The notes under the pieces: model-generated | The model's input: only the letters and a program-made list of their open reading frames with translations | What the model was told of the DNA's origin: nothing | Database searches by the model: none | Made by a program: the position numbers and the translations under genes | Source of the DNA: Octopus sinensis | Lineage: Eukaryota | Reading direction: 5' to 3' | NCBI RefSeq assembly: GCF_006345805.1 | Contig: NW_021831863.1 | Location: forward strand, 167 to 64,166 | Length of the DNA stretch: 64,000 bases | In this document: positions 35,400 to 46,840 of the stretch, piece after piece | How positions within the stretch are numbered: position 1 is the stretch's first letter | Layout of the letters: each line of letters opens with the position of its first letter

Positions 35400-36330
35400 C
35401 TTACTACTACACTATCCATTCCCATTCCAAGCAACGCTAGCCCACCACCCGGTTACAATTCCCAACTCCACCCATTCATTCACAATTTCAACGACGTTCA
35501 ACTCCACAGCGCTACATATAAGCCTCAACATATACACCGGAGATTCACTTTCAATCCGTGCGGATGGGTGAGAGTATACATTGAGTGTAGTGATGGGGCT
35601 CCCATTACTATACACATTTGTACCTGTGTGGTAGTCTCCATGTGTATATTCACGCACGGGTATAAATGCAGGGGGTACACGCGCACGGCGTGTACGTGTA
35701 CCCCCTCACATGTGCATATGCATGCTAGTTGGGCTCGATATGTGCAACAATGTAATCGCGCCCGCATACATGCATATGGGCGAGTTGCACAATCAAAATA
35801 CGCACACGTGTATATGTGCGTTCACTGGTTGTGCAATTCACCCATCTGGGTGTGAGTGGGTGTAAGCGTATTGCTGTGGATGTCGAGCTTGATACGTATG
35901 TATATGAGTGTGTATTGGGGGGTTGTACGTATTTATTGTGTGCATGTGCTTCACGCACGTGCGTCCATGTATGGATGAATATATTGGGATTGCTATGTGG
36001 GTGTAAATTGGGTATAGAGGGGGCTGTAAATTGGGTATAGAGGGGGGAGTTTTGTCATTGTATGGGTGTAGGTTTCATTTGTGATGGTGGTTTGTTGGTG
36101 ATTTTTAATATGTTCTGTATATTTGGGTTAGTTATGTATTATTCTAGTGTGTATAATTGTATACATATGATTGGTGTGAGTGGATTACGCCCATTTTTGG
36201 GGATGTATGTGTTTATTTGTCCGTATAGGGCGGGAGTGGCCGTTTGGTGTATATGTTGAGGCTCACATGCAATTCCAGGTACGCGCGAATGAAGTGGGCA
36301 CTTATATTTGTTATGGGTGTGTATACTTTA
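35400..36330. repeat. Fold-back of the same unit, with strongly biased A->G divergence
   Basis: gcctcaacatatacacc at 35522 and its reverse complement ending at 36262; 35692-35753 pairs with 35868-35932. Confidence 0.65.
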
Positions 36331-37542
36331 TATAACAGACAATACCCAAATAAAATCTGTCAATTCAACAACCAAATAAAAAACAAAAAACAAAGGGATC
36401 GTAAACATTCACACATACATACAAAACTCAATAAAAACACCACTAAATAACACCCATCAACATATAAATATATCCTCCAAAATACATATAACAAATGCAT
36501 AATAAAAATACATAATAAAATAAAATAAAAAAAAAATAAAAAAAATAATAATAATAAATAAAAAAATAAAAAAATAAAAAAATATATAAATAAAGAAAAT
36601 AAAAAAATCTAATATAAATTATTAAAGTTTTAACATACCATAAACTGTTATATTAATACACATTAAAAATGAACTAATTAAAACAAAGAAATATCAATAA
36701 AGACTAACTATAATTAAAGCCTAGACTACATAGTTGTGTGGTATATATATATATATATATATGTGGTGTATATAATTCACGAAAAAAGCAAAAGACGAAG
36801 ACAGGTGGTGTAGAAACAAACAGATGTATTAGTATAACGCCCGGGAATTGATACAGTCTTTTACGTTGTTCCACAGAAAGGAACAGAGAAAGAAAGAAGG
36901 AGAGAAAAAATGTGTGTAGTGGCTACCGATCTATCATGACGACTGCCGGACAGAAGGGTCACACAGGGGAGCGAAGAAGTAGGGGCGATAACAAAGTAAA
37001 AGTGATCCCAAAAGGAAGGTGCGCGTGTGTGTAACAGAGTACGTATGTGTGTGTGAAAGAGGGCTGGTGGTCTTGACGCGTGCGTGTGTGTATGTATAGG
37101 TGTGAAAATGTGGGGATGGGAATTGGTCAGTGCTGGTGTGTGGGTGGTGGTGGTGTGTTGTGATGTGATGTGTTGTGTGGTATGGTGTAGTGTGGTGTGG
37201 TGCGATGTTGTTGGTAAGTGGGGGAGGTGAGAGTGGAGAAAGCACATGTGAGGTGTGGGTTAAGCTGAGGATTGGGGTAGAGTTGGGGTATGTGGGTAGG
37301 CAGAGGGTGGGGTTAGTAACTGCCATGAAAGGTTATGATACAATATTCAACAGGATATTATGATTAATCTTAAACATCTGTCCCCTTGTGTATGTTTAAG
37401 ATAAAACTAGTCAATATCGACACTGATTTGAAATTTTTAACAAAATTTAGTACATTTTCGAAGTTTACTTTCGATTACCGAAATCATCCCGAGTAGCCCA
37501 AATGTTGGAATGAGTATTTGTAAAAAGAAAATCATTTTGGAA

Positions 37543-37736
37543 TAGTTAGATTTTGTATGCAGAGAGCTTGAGAGGAGCACACTGTCTTACATTTTAATCT
37601 TACAACCCTTTATTTCGAACTGAATTCTTACGTTTTAACTACCATATCATTTTTATATCAATATCTGATAGCATTTATTATATACCAATATATTATATAT
37701 GGTGCAATTTATGATGTAAAGATATCATATATATAT

Positions 37737-37787
<51 letters not shown>

Positions 37788-38075
37788 TATATATATAATA
37801 TATATATACAGATATCATATATATATATATACAGATATCAGATATATATATATATATATATATATATATCTGATATCTGTATATATATATATATATCTGT
37901 ATATCATAAATTGCACCATATATAATATATTGGTATATCATAAATGCTATCAGATATTGATATAAAAATGATATGGTAGTTAAAACGTAAGAATTCAGTT
38001 CGAAATAAAGGGTCGTAACATTAAAATGTAAGACAGTGTGCTCCTCCCAAGCTCTCTGCATACAAAATCTAACTA
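37543..38075. repeat. Near-perfect palindrome with about 175-bp unique arms and a symmetric (TA)n/cagatatc centre
   Basis: tagttagattttgtatgcagagagc...tgcaatttatgat and atcataaattgca...gctctctgcatacaaaatctaacta. Confidence 0.85.
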
Positions 38076-38123
38076 ATATATAATTTACTTCATAGTTCAA
38101 AATTGCATAGAAGATCTTGAAAA

Positions 38124-38169
38124 CCACCTGATGAATGTCCATTGAAGTGACAAGAAACGATCGTAGTGG
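38124..38169 (+). ncRNA. Minimal type I hammerhead motif (GUA site), same family as 33203-33244
   Basis: ccac-CTGATGA-a-tgtc(cattgaagt)gaca-a-GAAAC-gatc-GTA^gtgg. All stems pair; stem III is the palindrome ACGATCGT. Confidence 0.85.
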
Positions 38170-38284
38170 ATATCTTAATTAATCTTAATTATATTTAATT
38201 TTTATAAAATTTTTATGTATTGGATTAAGTCTTTCTTTGTTTGATTTGCATAATAGTGGTTTTGTCTCTAATTAATATTATATA

Positions 38285-38335
<51 letters not shown>

Positions 38336-38469
38336 TTGATAGGTTGCATGTATTGATTACACACACACAGCAAATACGTGGACACACACGCTCACACACA
38401 TTTCTCGAATACGGACACGTGTATCTGAGTCTTTTTTTCTCTCACACTCCACCAGCTCGGATTAACCAT

Positions 38470-39060
38470 TGCTCTAAATTGCTCCCCAGGCATCACAGAA
38501 TAGCTGCCATATTTCATTGTTGGCTGCAATCTTCCATGTCGAATTATTGATCACAGAGTCTGTAGTCCCACACTCAGCCACTGTCAGAAAATACACCAAA
38601 TCAGGACTCATTGGAGAACATGACGGTGTCCCAAAATGCTAATGGCCTCTCCACCATCTCACTGGCCCAATCTTTTTTCCGCTTGATCTTGGCTGGTCAA
38701 AGAAATGGCATCCTTCTTGCTGCTTTACTATGGTAACCAAGTTTGTGGAGATACCTGACAGGTATTCTGGGACTCATATCAACGTTTTCTGCTATGTCAG
38801 AAGCCTTGCAACGAGGATTATTCTCCACACTTCTCTTAACAATGAAAAGGGTCCTGTCAGAGAGCCCTAGTCAACCTGGGCTAGGTGATATGGACTCTTT
38901 CCCTTCTCTGATGAATCGCACAATTACTCTATTAACTGCAGAAAGCAGGGTCCTATATGATGTTGAGATTTTACGCTATGTCCACATTCAGAGTGACCCA
39001 CAACATGGCCTCTTTGAAATTCAGACACCTTCAAGGCTTCTTTTGTACATGGCATGATTA
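38470..39060 (-). mobile_element. Tc1-family transposase 5' fragment, decayed
   Basis: MPCTKEALKVSEFQRGHVVG..., then WDTVMFSNES (SDES motif) and RLQPTMKYG; many stops. Confidence 0.75.
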
Positions 39061-39359
39061 AACAGTCACATATAGAAACTGAAACATAAAAATTTCAATT
39101 AATAAAAAAATATATAAGCCTTTACAAGTTAGAATAAACTATTCTGTGTACTTCTGTCATAGCTGTGTACATATAATATATATACATGTATGCATGTTTG
39201 CATGCATATATACACATATACATGTATCGTTGCATGCATATATATATATATATATATATAGTTAATCCAAAAATGAACAAAGAGAAAACACAACAACGCG
39301 AGGACGTGGAACAAGTATAGTGTTATTGGACGCTCAGGAAAGGAAAGAAAGAAGGAGGA

Positions 39360-39392
39360 TTTAACGTTTCGAGCGGACCTCTTCGTCAGAAA
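39360..39392 (-). ncRNA. Ultra-minimal hammerhead motif (GUU site)
   Basis: ttt-CTGACGA-a-gagg(tcc)gctc-GAAAC-GTT^aaa. Stem III is the loopless ACGT palindrome; stem I is only 3 bp. Confidence 0.55.
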
Positions 39393-39769
39393 CATAGAAA
39401 AAGGAAAGGTCCAAGGAAGAGAAAACGGATAAAGAAAATCGCCAACGATACACACGCGGTCACATATTGAAATGACCGGAAGGAAATGGGTGAAAAATAG
39501 TTCTTTCAAAGACAGGAGAGTGCAAGAGCAGGTCTGTGTGAGCGCGCAGGTCTGTGTGCGTGTGTGTGTTGTTGTGGTTATTTATCTATGTGTGTGGTTG
39601 GGCTTAGTATCGTTTAAGGTCATAAGAAGAATTTATAGTAACTCTGGTAGGAGTGGCTCCCGTTGTGTGCCTACCTACACATGTGCGTAGTAGAATGGTC
39701 AGTAGAAGGTATTGGCAGTTTGAAGTGTGTGTGTGTGCGTGTATGTAAATGTAGTGTGTGTATGTGTGT

Positions 39770-40056
39770 GTATTGTTTGTTCCTTCTCAAGAGCCAGTTT
39801 CCCGGTTTCCTTGGTGCATAGGTTCCCCACCAGGATGGGACGCCGGTCCGTCGCAGGTGAGCTGCAAGATACAGGTGGAAAGAGTAAGAAAATGTTGTGG
39901 TGAAGGAGTCAGCAGAAGTTTGCCATTACCGTCTGGCGGAGCCGCGGGGAGCTTAGGTGTTTCGCTCATAAACACACATCGCCCGGTCTGAGTTTCGAAC
40001 CCGCGATCCCTCGACCGCGAGTCCGCTGCTCTAACCACTAGGCCATGTGCCTCCAC
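39770..40056 (-). mobile_element. tRNA-derived SINE, family C, near full length
   Basis: Head gtggaggcacatggcctagtggttagagcagcggactcgcggtcgagggatcgcgggttcgaaac. Confidence 0.75.
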
Positions 40057-40184
40057 ATGTGTGTGCGTGTGTGTGTTTGCATGTGATATATATATATATT
40101 TGTTGTGCAAGATTTTTTATGTGAAGTCGTGTGTTGAAACAGATATTGGCTAAACTGGCAAAATGACCATTCCGAAATATAACA

Positions 40185-40259
<75 letters not shown>

Positions 40260-40401
40260 GCATACGTCTTTTTAACGCACATAGGATTATCTTTTAATTA
40301 ATATAAGTAATTACTACATATCAAATGTAGTCAACAAATCTGAAAAATGCCGATCACATCGTACAAACACACATACACTCACAATACAAACACACATACA
40401 C

Positions 40402-40434
<33 letters not shown>

Positions 40435-40869
40435 GTATTCAAACAAGCTTAAATAAATGTGTTATGTAAAGATTTATAGACACTTTTACCCATATTTCTA
40501 AAACGATTTAATGTTCCAAATGTTGATCAATCCTCCCTGTTATATGAAATCTTTCAATGCACACCATGCTAATATGACGTTCATCAGAAGCGCTTAATGT
40601 CCCTCGCTTGTCAGATGTAACACTAAAGAGAATTATTAATCCCTGTTTTATCTCGGTCAGAACTTAGGGGTCTGCTGTCTGACATAAGATGGTGTGGGTG
40701 AGTGAGTCTTAGTGGTGAGCTTTCGTTTCGTTAAATACATTTCATGCGAGTATTTATAGTTCAGAACGTGATTTTACTCACACACGCGCACGCATACGGT
40801 GCGTATATAGAAACGTTAATGCTTGTAATACATGTATGCATGCTCGTATATATATTATATATATATATA

Positions 40870-40911
<42 letters not shown>

Positions 40912-41214
40912 TGTCTGTCTGCATGTATATATGTATGTGTGTATGTATGTATTTTGGCTATGTGTATGTGTGTATATGCATGTAGGCAGGTATTTTTGCG
41001 TTTCTGAAACTGTATGCGTGTGTGTTATAACTCGGATTAAAACTCATCCCTTAATCAGATTCTCCACAGTTCTTTCTACATTACATTTGTATCGAACTCT
41101 CATGTTTTCTACGAAACAGCATATGCAGCTACCCAAATATTGCGTACTTCTCTGTACACGTATATGAGGTGTGAGCGTGTTTGAGTGCACATATGCATAA
41201 ATCATTAGTTTCTA

Positions 41215-42496
41215 TGTACGTTTGACCATTGCAGTTACTTGGATGGATTGCTGACAGAAGAGCAAAGTTTTGGTTGTACGCAGTGCTGGTATTCGAGAAT
41301 TTGCTTTTGCAATGGCACCACAGTTGGGTGTATCCCCAGAAATATTCAAAGCATCACCTCATTGGTTGGATAACTCCATTCGGTGATATGAACTCTCTCT
41401 AAGAAGATCGACCACTCTGTTCAAGCTAGAGGATGCTGAAGTGCTTCAACGTGTACTTGCATTCAAGTCCTTCGTTGGTGGCATCGACTTTTCTAAATGC
41501 AATCTCTCCAATATGGATGGGACTGCAGTATTTATGGGCCTAGGATCTAAAACGACAATTGAACAGACAAGTATCTCGTCAATCTACGTTTCCTCTACGG
41601 GTTACGAAAGTGCAAGTGTGACTTGTATTTTAGTAATTCGTCTTCATGGAACTAAAGTCCCAACGCTAATCATCACAAAGGGCAAAAAAGAGAAAATAGA
41701 ACGTGTTTCAGGCATATATGTCCTTGAAACGAAAATGGCTTGGTGCACACAAGTTGTTATAAGAAAATGGGTTGAGTTAACTATGCCACTTGTTTTATGT
41801 GGTTCTCAAAGAGGTATTTTAGTCTGGGATTCGGCCAGCACTCATCGCGCGAAAGTTATGGAAAACCTTCCTTTCTGAAAGAAGAATTGAGCTCATAATG
41901 ATTCCCGTGGGAATTACTTCATATGTACAAACATTAGATGTTGTAATAAACAAGCCCTTCAACGATTATTTGCGAATGAAAGTGAATGAATATACCGAGC
42001 GTAGAATGGAAAGAAATCAGCGTGGAAACTTTGCCAAACCTAGCATCCAAGAAATACTCAATTGGGTGAAGAATTCATGAAATAAAATTACCGACAGCTG
42101 CGTTGCCAATGCACTACGAGGAGGGTACTTGGGCAAAAAAGTGTTCATTTAAGGAACGTTATATTGCCAAACATGAGAGATCGGGGCCCATGATTCTATA
42201 GGAAATGGATTTACAAGGATGTCAGTCTGAAGTTCGGGGTTTGATGATTTATAACGATGTTCCTGAACAGGACGAAATGTTTATGCTAAAAACAAGAAGC
42301 AAATAAATAAACTTTTCATAACTAAAAACACGAGTTTCCTTTTTACAATATTTTTCCTTTTACATGAGGACATAAGACTTTTTTGTCTTTCTTGGATTTT
42401 TTCCGCAAATATAGACATCCCATGAAAATAAGCCCTAGTGCGTTTTTTAGCTGCACAATTAATATAAGATCGGGTCTTATTTTCGGGGAAACACGG
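41215..42496 (+). mobile_element. pogo/Tigger-family transposon, 5'-truncated and decayed
   Basis: CENP-B-type HTH (FKASPHWLD), DDE_1 motifs NMDGT, WDSASTH and QTLDVVINKPF, and right TIR ggtcttattttcggggaaacacgg. Confidence 0.9.
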
Positions 42497-42750
42497 CGTA
42501 TGTATACATATATATATATATATGTGTTTAACCATGGGCTCTTAAGGAGCGTCCTCGTTCGAATTGCTTTGCTGCGCCTCTGTTTTGTTTTGTTCTGACA
42601 ACGTAATTCCTGGTTTTTCCTGAAGAGAAAGCTGCAATATGGTATCCTTATTTAATCAGAATTTGGAAAATTGTGGCCTTTGAAACATGTGTAGAATGTA
42701 ATAAAAGGAATTCTGTGCAATCTTCGTTCAACTCCATTTCTTCCTTTCAC

Positions 42751-42793
<43 letters not shown>

Positions 42794-42892
42794 ATATTTC
42801 AACAATTGAGGGCAAAATTAATTAATTATTAATCAATTTCACCAAGTGTTCAGTATGCAAAGGGACCATTCAAGGCGAATTCAAATTATTAC

Positions 42893-43186
42893 ATTATATA
42901 AAAGGGCTTAGTAAAATAAATTACTTTGCCGCATACTGAACTCATTAGAAATAGCAGCTAAAAACTTTTTTAAGGCTATTTCTAATACTTAAAGAAAATC
43001 TCTCTCATATATAGTGTTTGCTTAATTCAACTCACAAAAGTTGTGAGTTGAATTAAGCAAACACTATATATGAGAGAGATTTTCTTTAAGTATTAGAAAT
43101 AGCCTTAAAAAAGTTTTTTAGCTGCTATTTCTAATGAGTTCAGTATGCGGCAAAGTAATTTATTTTACTAAGCCCTTTTATATAAT
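42893..43186. repeat. Almost perfect 294-bp palindrome with a 3-nt loop
   Basis: Centre ctcacaa-aag-ttgtgag (43031-43047); arms of about 145 bp differ by one homopolymer indel. Confidence 0.95.
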
Positions 43187-43302
43187 ATATTATATATTAT
43201 ATATATATTATATATATATTATAATATATATATATCTATATATCTATATATATAATATATATATATTATACATATATATATATATATATATATACATATA
43301 TA

Positions 43303-43347
<45 letters not shown>

Positions 43348-43787
43348 ATATAAATATGTGTGGTGCGTGTGTCTGCATGCGTTTTTGTATTTCCATATTC
43401 AATATAATACAAAATATATATTTTTACACACACACATACATACAAACATACGCACGCCCGCACACAGAAATGCACAAACACACAAATACTTACACAGACA
43501 AACGCACATTACCCCACCCCCCTTATACATACATACCCACATATATTTGCTTCCACGCAATTTTTTCGCATTTATGAATTCACTTGTGAGTGAAACATAG
43601 GTGTATTAAATGTAAAAACTATAAGGCCACCTGTTGATACATTCAGCGGAACTCAGCATGACAAGTTCACATTTACGAACGACTGTGAAGTAAAACGGTA
43701 CACATTAATCTTTAGAGTGCTCACATGTCTACAGCCGTTTCCATCAATCTATCTATCAATCTAAACAAACGGGATCTATCTATCTAT

Positions 43788-43895
<108 letters not shown>

Positions 43896-44021
43896 ATATG
43901 GTGTATATATATATGTTATATATTTATTTTGCAAGATTTTTTATGTGAAATCGTGTGTTGAAACAGATATTGTTGTATTTAGGAATGGCTAAACTTGCAA
44001 AAAATGACCATTCCTAAATAC

Positions 44022-44058
<37 letters not shown>

Positions 44059-44171
44059 GACACACACACACATACATGTATTCCAATCAATAGTATCTCT
44101 TTTCATATCTGTATAGCGAAGCCTTGAAATACTTAATTCTGAGTATATGCACTATATATATATATTATATA

Positions 44172-44244
<73 letters not shown>

Positions 44245-44245
<1 letters not shown>

Positions 44246-44421
44246 GTATGGTTGGCTGAAAGCGCTCCTGGCTTTAAGGGTATCGCGAAGGGCCTGGCTG
44301 GAAGCCTAACTTTCTGAGAGCTTCGAAAACCTACAGGACTTAGAAAAAAATGAAGGACCGCTGCAATAAGTTTGTGAATCTGGGAGGGGAATATAAGCCC
44401 TGAACTTCCAACACACCCTCG
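44245..44421. mobile_element. Possible mariner-derived MITE
   Basis: Right end ttccaacacaccctcg-ta, decayed left end cgtatggttggctgaaa, set in (TA)n. Confidence 0.4.
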
Positions 44422-44439
44422 TATATGGGCAATTTTATG

Positions 44440-44790
44440 TATGTATGTATGTATGTTTGTATGTGTGTATGTGTGTGTGTGTATGTATGTCCGTACGTAT
44501 GTATGTATGTATGTATGTATGTATGTATGTATGTATGTATGTATGTATGTGGTGTGTATGTTTGTATGTGTGTGTGTGTATATTGTATATGTATGTATGT
44601 ATGTACGTACGTATGTATGTATGTATGTATGTATGTATGTATGTATGTATGTATGTATGTATGTACGTACGTACGTATGTATGTATGTATGTATGTATGT
44701 ATGTATGTATGTATGTATGTATGTACGTATGTCCGTACGTATGTATGTATGTATGTATGTATGTATGTATGTATGTATGTATGTATGTAT
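44440..44790. repeat. (TATG)n microsatellite
   Basis: Seen directly. Similar arrays at about 6200-6300, 18440-18520, 19690-19900 and 31540-31655. Confidence 0.95.
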
Positions 44791-45639
44791 GTGTACATGT
44801 GTTGACAGTGACCTCAGCATGACTTCATTAAACTAGTTGCAACCAGTGAAACTGTCAATCATGTTATCGAAAACACGAAAACATGATCAGAGTAAACCGT
44901 TTTTTTTTTTCCCTACAATCTGGTTTCGATTCCTCGCTAGTGCACAACCGTCGCTAATGTACATCACTGTTTCAATTTTCTCCGCCTAAATATCTAAAGA
45001 CTTTAATACCTATTTTAGAAACCAATATTGCCTTTCCGTATAGGGGCGTGCACAATTTAAGTCCAACCTACTTCTTTTTATGAATCACTTTCTGATTTCC
45101 TCACATTTACCTGTATGAATTTTCTCTCATTCACCTATGTTGTTTTTTTTACGACTCAATACGACAAGGCCCCGCCTACAATCTTCCTTTTCTCCTTATT
45201 TAGTCATTTCATTCTCTCTCTCTCTCTCTGTCACACACTCTCTCTCTCTCTGCTATTCTCTCTCTCTCTCTCTTTTTTCTTTTCCTCGTTATCTCTCACC
45301 TGTTTGCCTTTTTCATTCTTTTATCCCTCTCTATTCATTATTAACATTTCTCTTCTTTTGTTCCTTTCCTTATTTCCGTTATACTTTTATTCGTTTTTAC
45401 TCACACAATTGTCATCACACAATTATGTTTTTTTGTGTGTGGTATACGCTCTTGATATGTGCGTGTGTGTATGTGTGTGTATGTGAGAGAGAGATAGAGA
45501 GTGGGGGAGAGGTATATAACCTTTTATTTATCTATGTAATTTAATTCACCATACGTTTCCATTCCTATATATCTCTCTCTAACGATCTATCTATTAACCA
45601 ATTTATCTTTTGCACTCTCTAGCTTCACTGCTGTTAATA

Positions 45640-45681
<42 letters not shown>

Positions 45682-45894
45682 AAACACGTGCGTGTATACA
45701 CAAACCACACGTATATAGGCATGTGTGCTTGCGTGTCCATAATCTTGGTGCATATTTATCTACCCATCTATAGTACTCTCTATCTTAACTATCTTATGCG
45801 TTTCGGTATTGATGAATACATACCCGAACATGCACACTAATATTATATGTTTATGTGTATACATTTGCATGTGTATGTGTGTATATACACACGC

Positions 45895-45943
<49 letters not shown>

Positions 45944-45989
45944 CATATGTATGTATATACGCACACATAATTTATACATATAGCCAGCT

Positions 45990-45999
45990 AGCTAGCTAG

Positions 46000-46072
<73 letters not shown>

Positions 46073-46074
46073 AG

Positions 46075-46145
<71 letters not shown>
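45990..46145. repeat. (GATA)n/(GACA)n microsatellite
   Basis: Seen directly. Confidence 0.95.
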
Positions 46146-46146
<1 letters not shown>

Positions 46147-46631
46147 TCTCAATCTCAAGCCAACTATATCTTTCTCCTCTTCTAGTTGTCTCATACGTTG
46201 AGGTTGACCTCGTACTCAGACTTAAGTGCACATTCACCTCACCACACTACACACACACACGCACACACACACTACCCCCTCTCTCTCTCGCTCTCTCGTC
46301 CTATTTCTCTTTTATATATATATACACATATACTTTCTCTGTCTCTCTCACACTCTCACAAATACATGCACATACGCTTGTCCCGATCATCTCTCATGCA
46401 GCTCTACACTTTCTTTTTCTCTTCCACCGTTTTCTTTATTTCTTTCATTCTTTCGATTTTCCTCTTTATATTTCGCACTCTCTCCATCTTCAATTTACTA
46501 ACTCCTTTCTCACTTTCACATTGTCCTCTCCTTTTATCGTTTCTTACTTCTTTATATCTTTCTCGTCTTTTTTTTTTTTACTTCATCTTCTGATGAAGCT
46601 TCCTTCATTTCCTCTATACAGAATTCTCTTT

Positions 46632-46840
46632 TATTGATTTCAAATTTTGGCACAAAACCAGCAATTTAAGAAGAGTGGGTAAATTGGTTGCATCGACCCC
46701 AAAAAATCAACTGGTACTTATTTTATAGACCTCCTTAAAGGATGAAAGGCAAAGTCAACCTCGGTGAAATTTGAACTCAGAACGTAAGGTCAGACGAAAT
46801 GCCGCTAAGCAGTCGTGCTAACGATTTTGCCAGCTCATCG
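46632..46840 (-). mobile_element. tRNA-derived SINE, family A
   Basis: ggatgaaaggcaaagtcaacctcggtgaaatttgaactcagaacg...gctaacgattttgccagctc. Confidence 0.8.
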
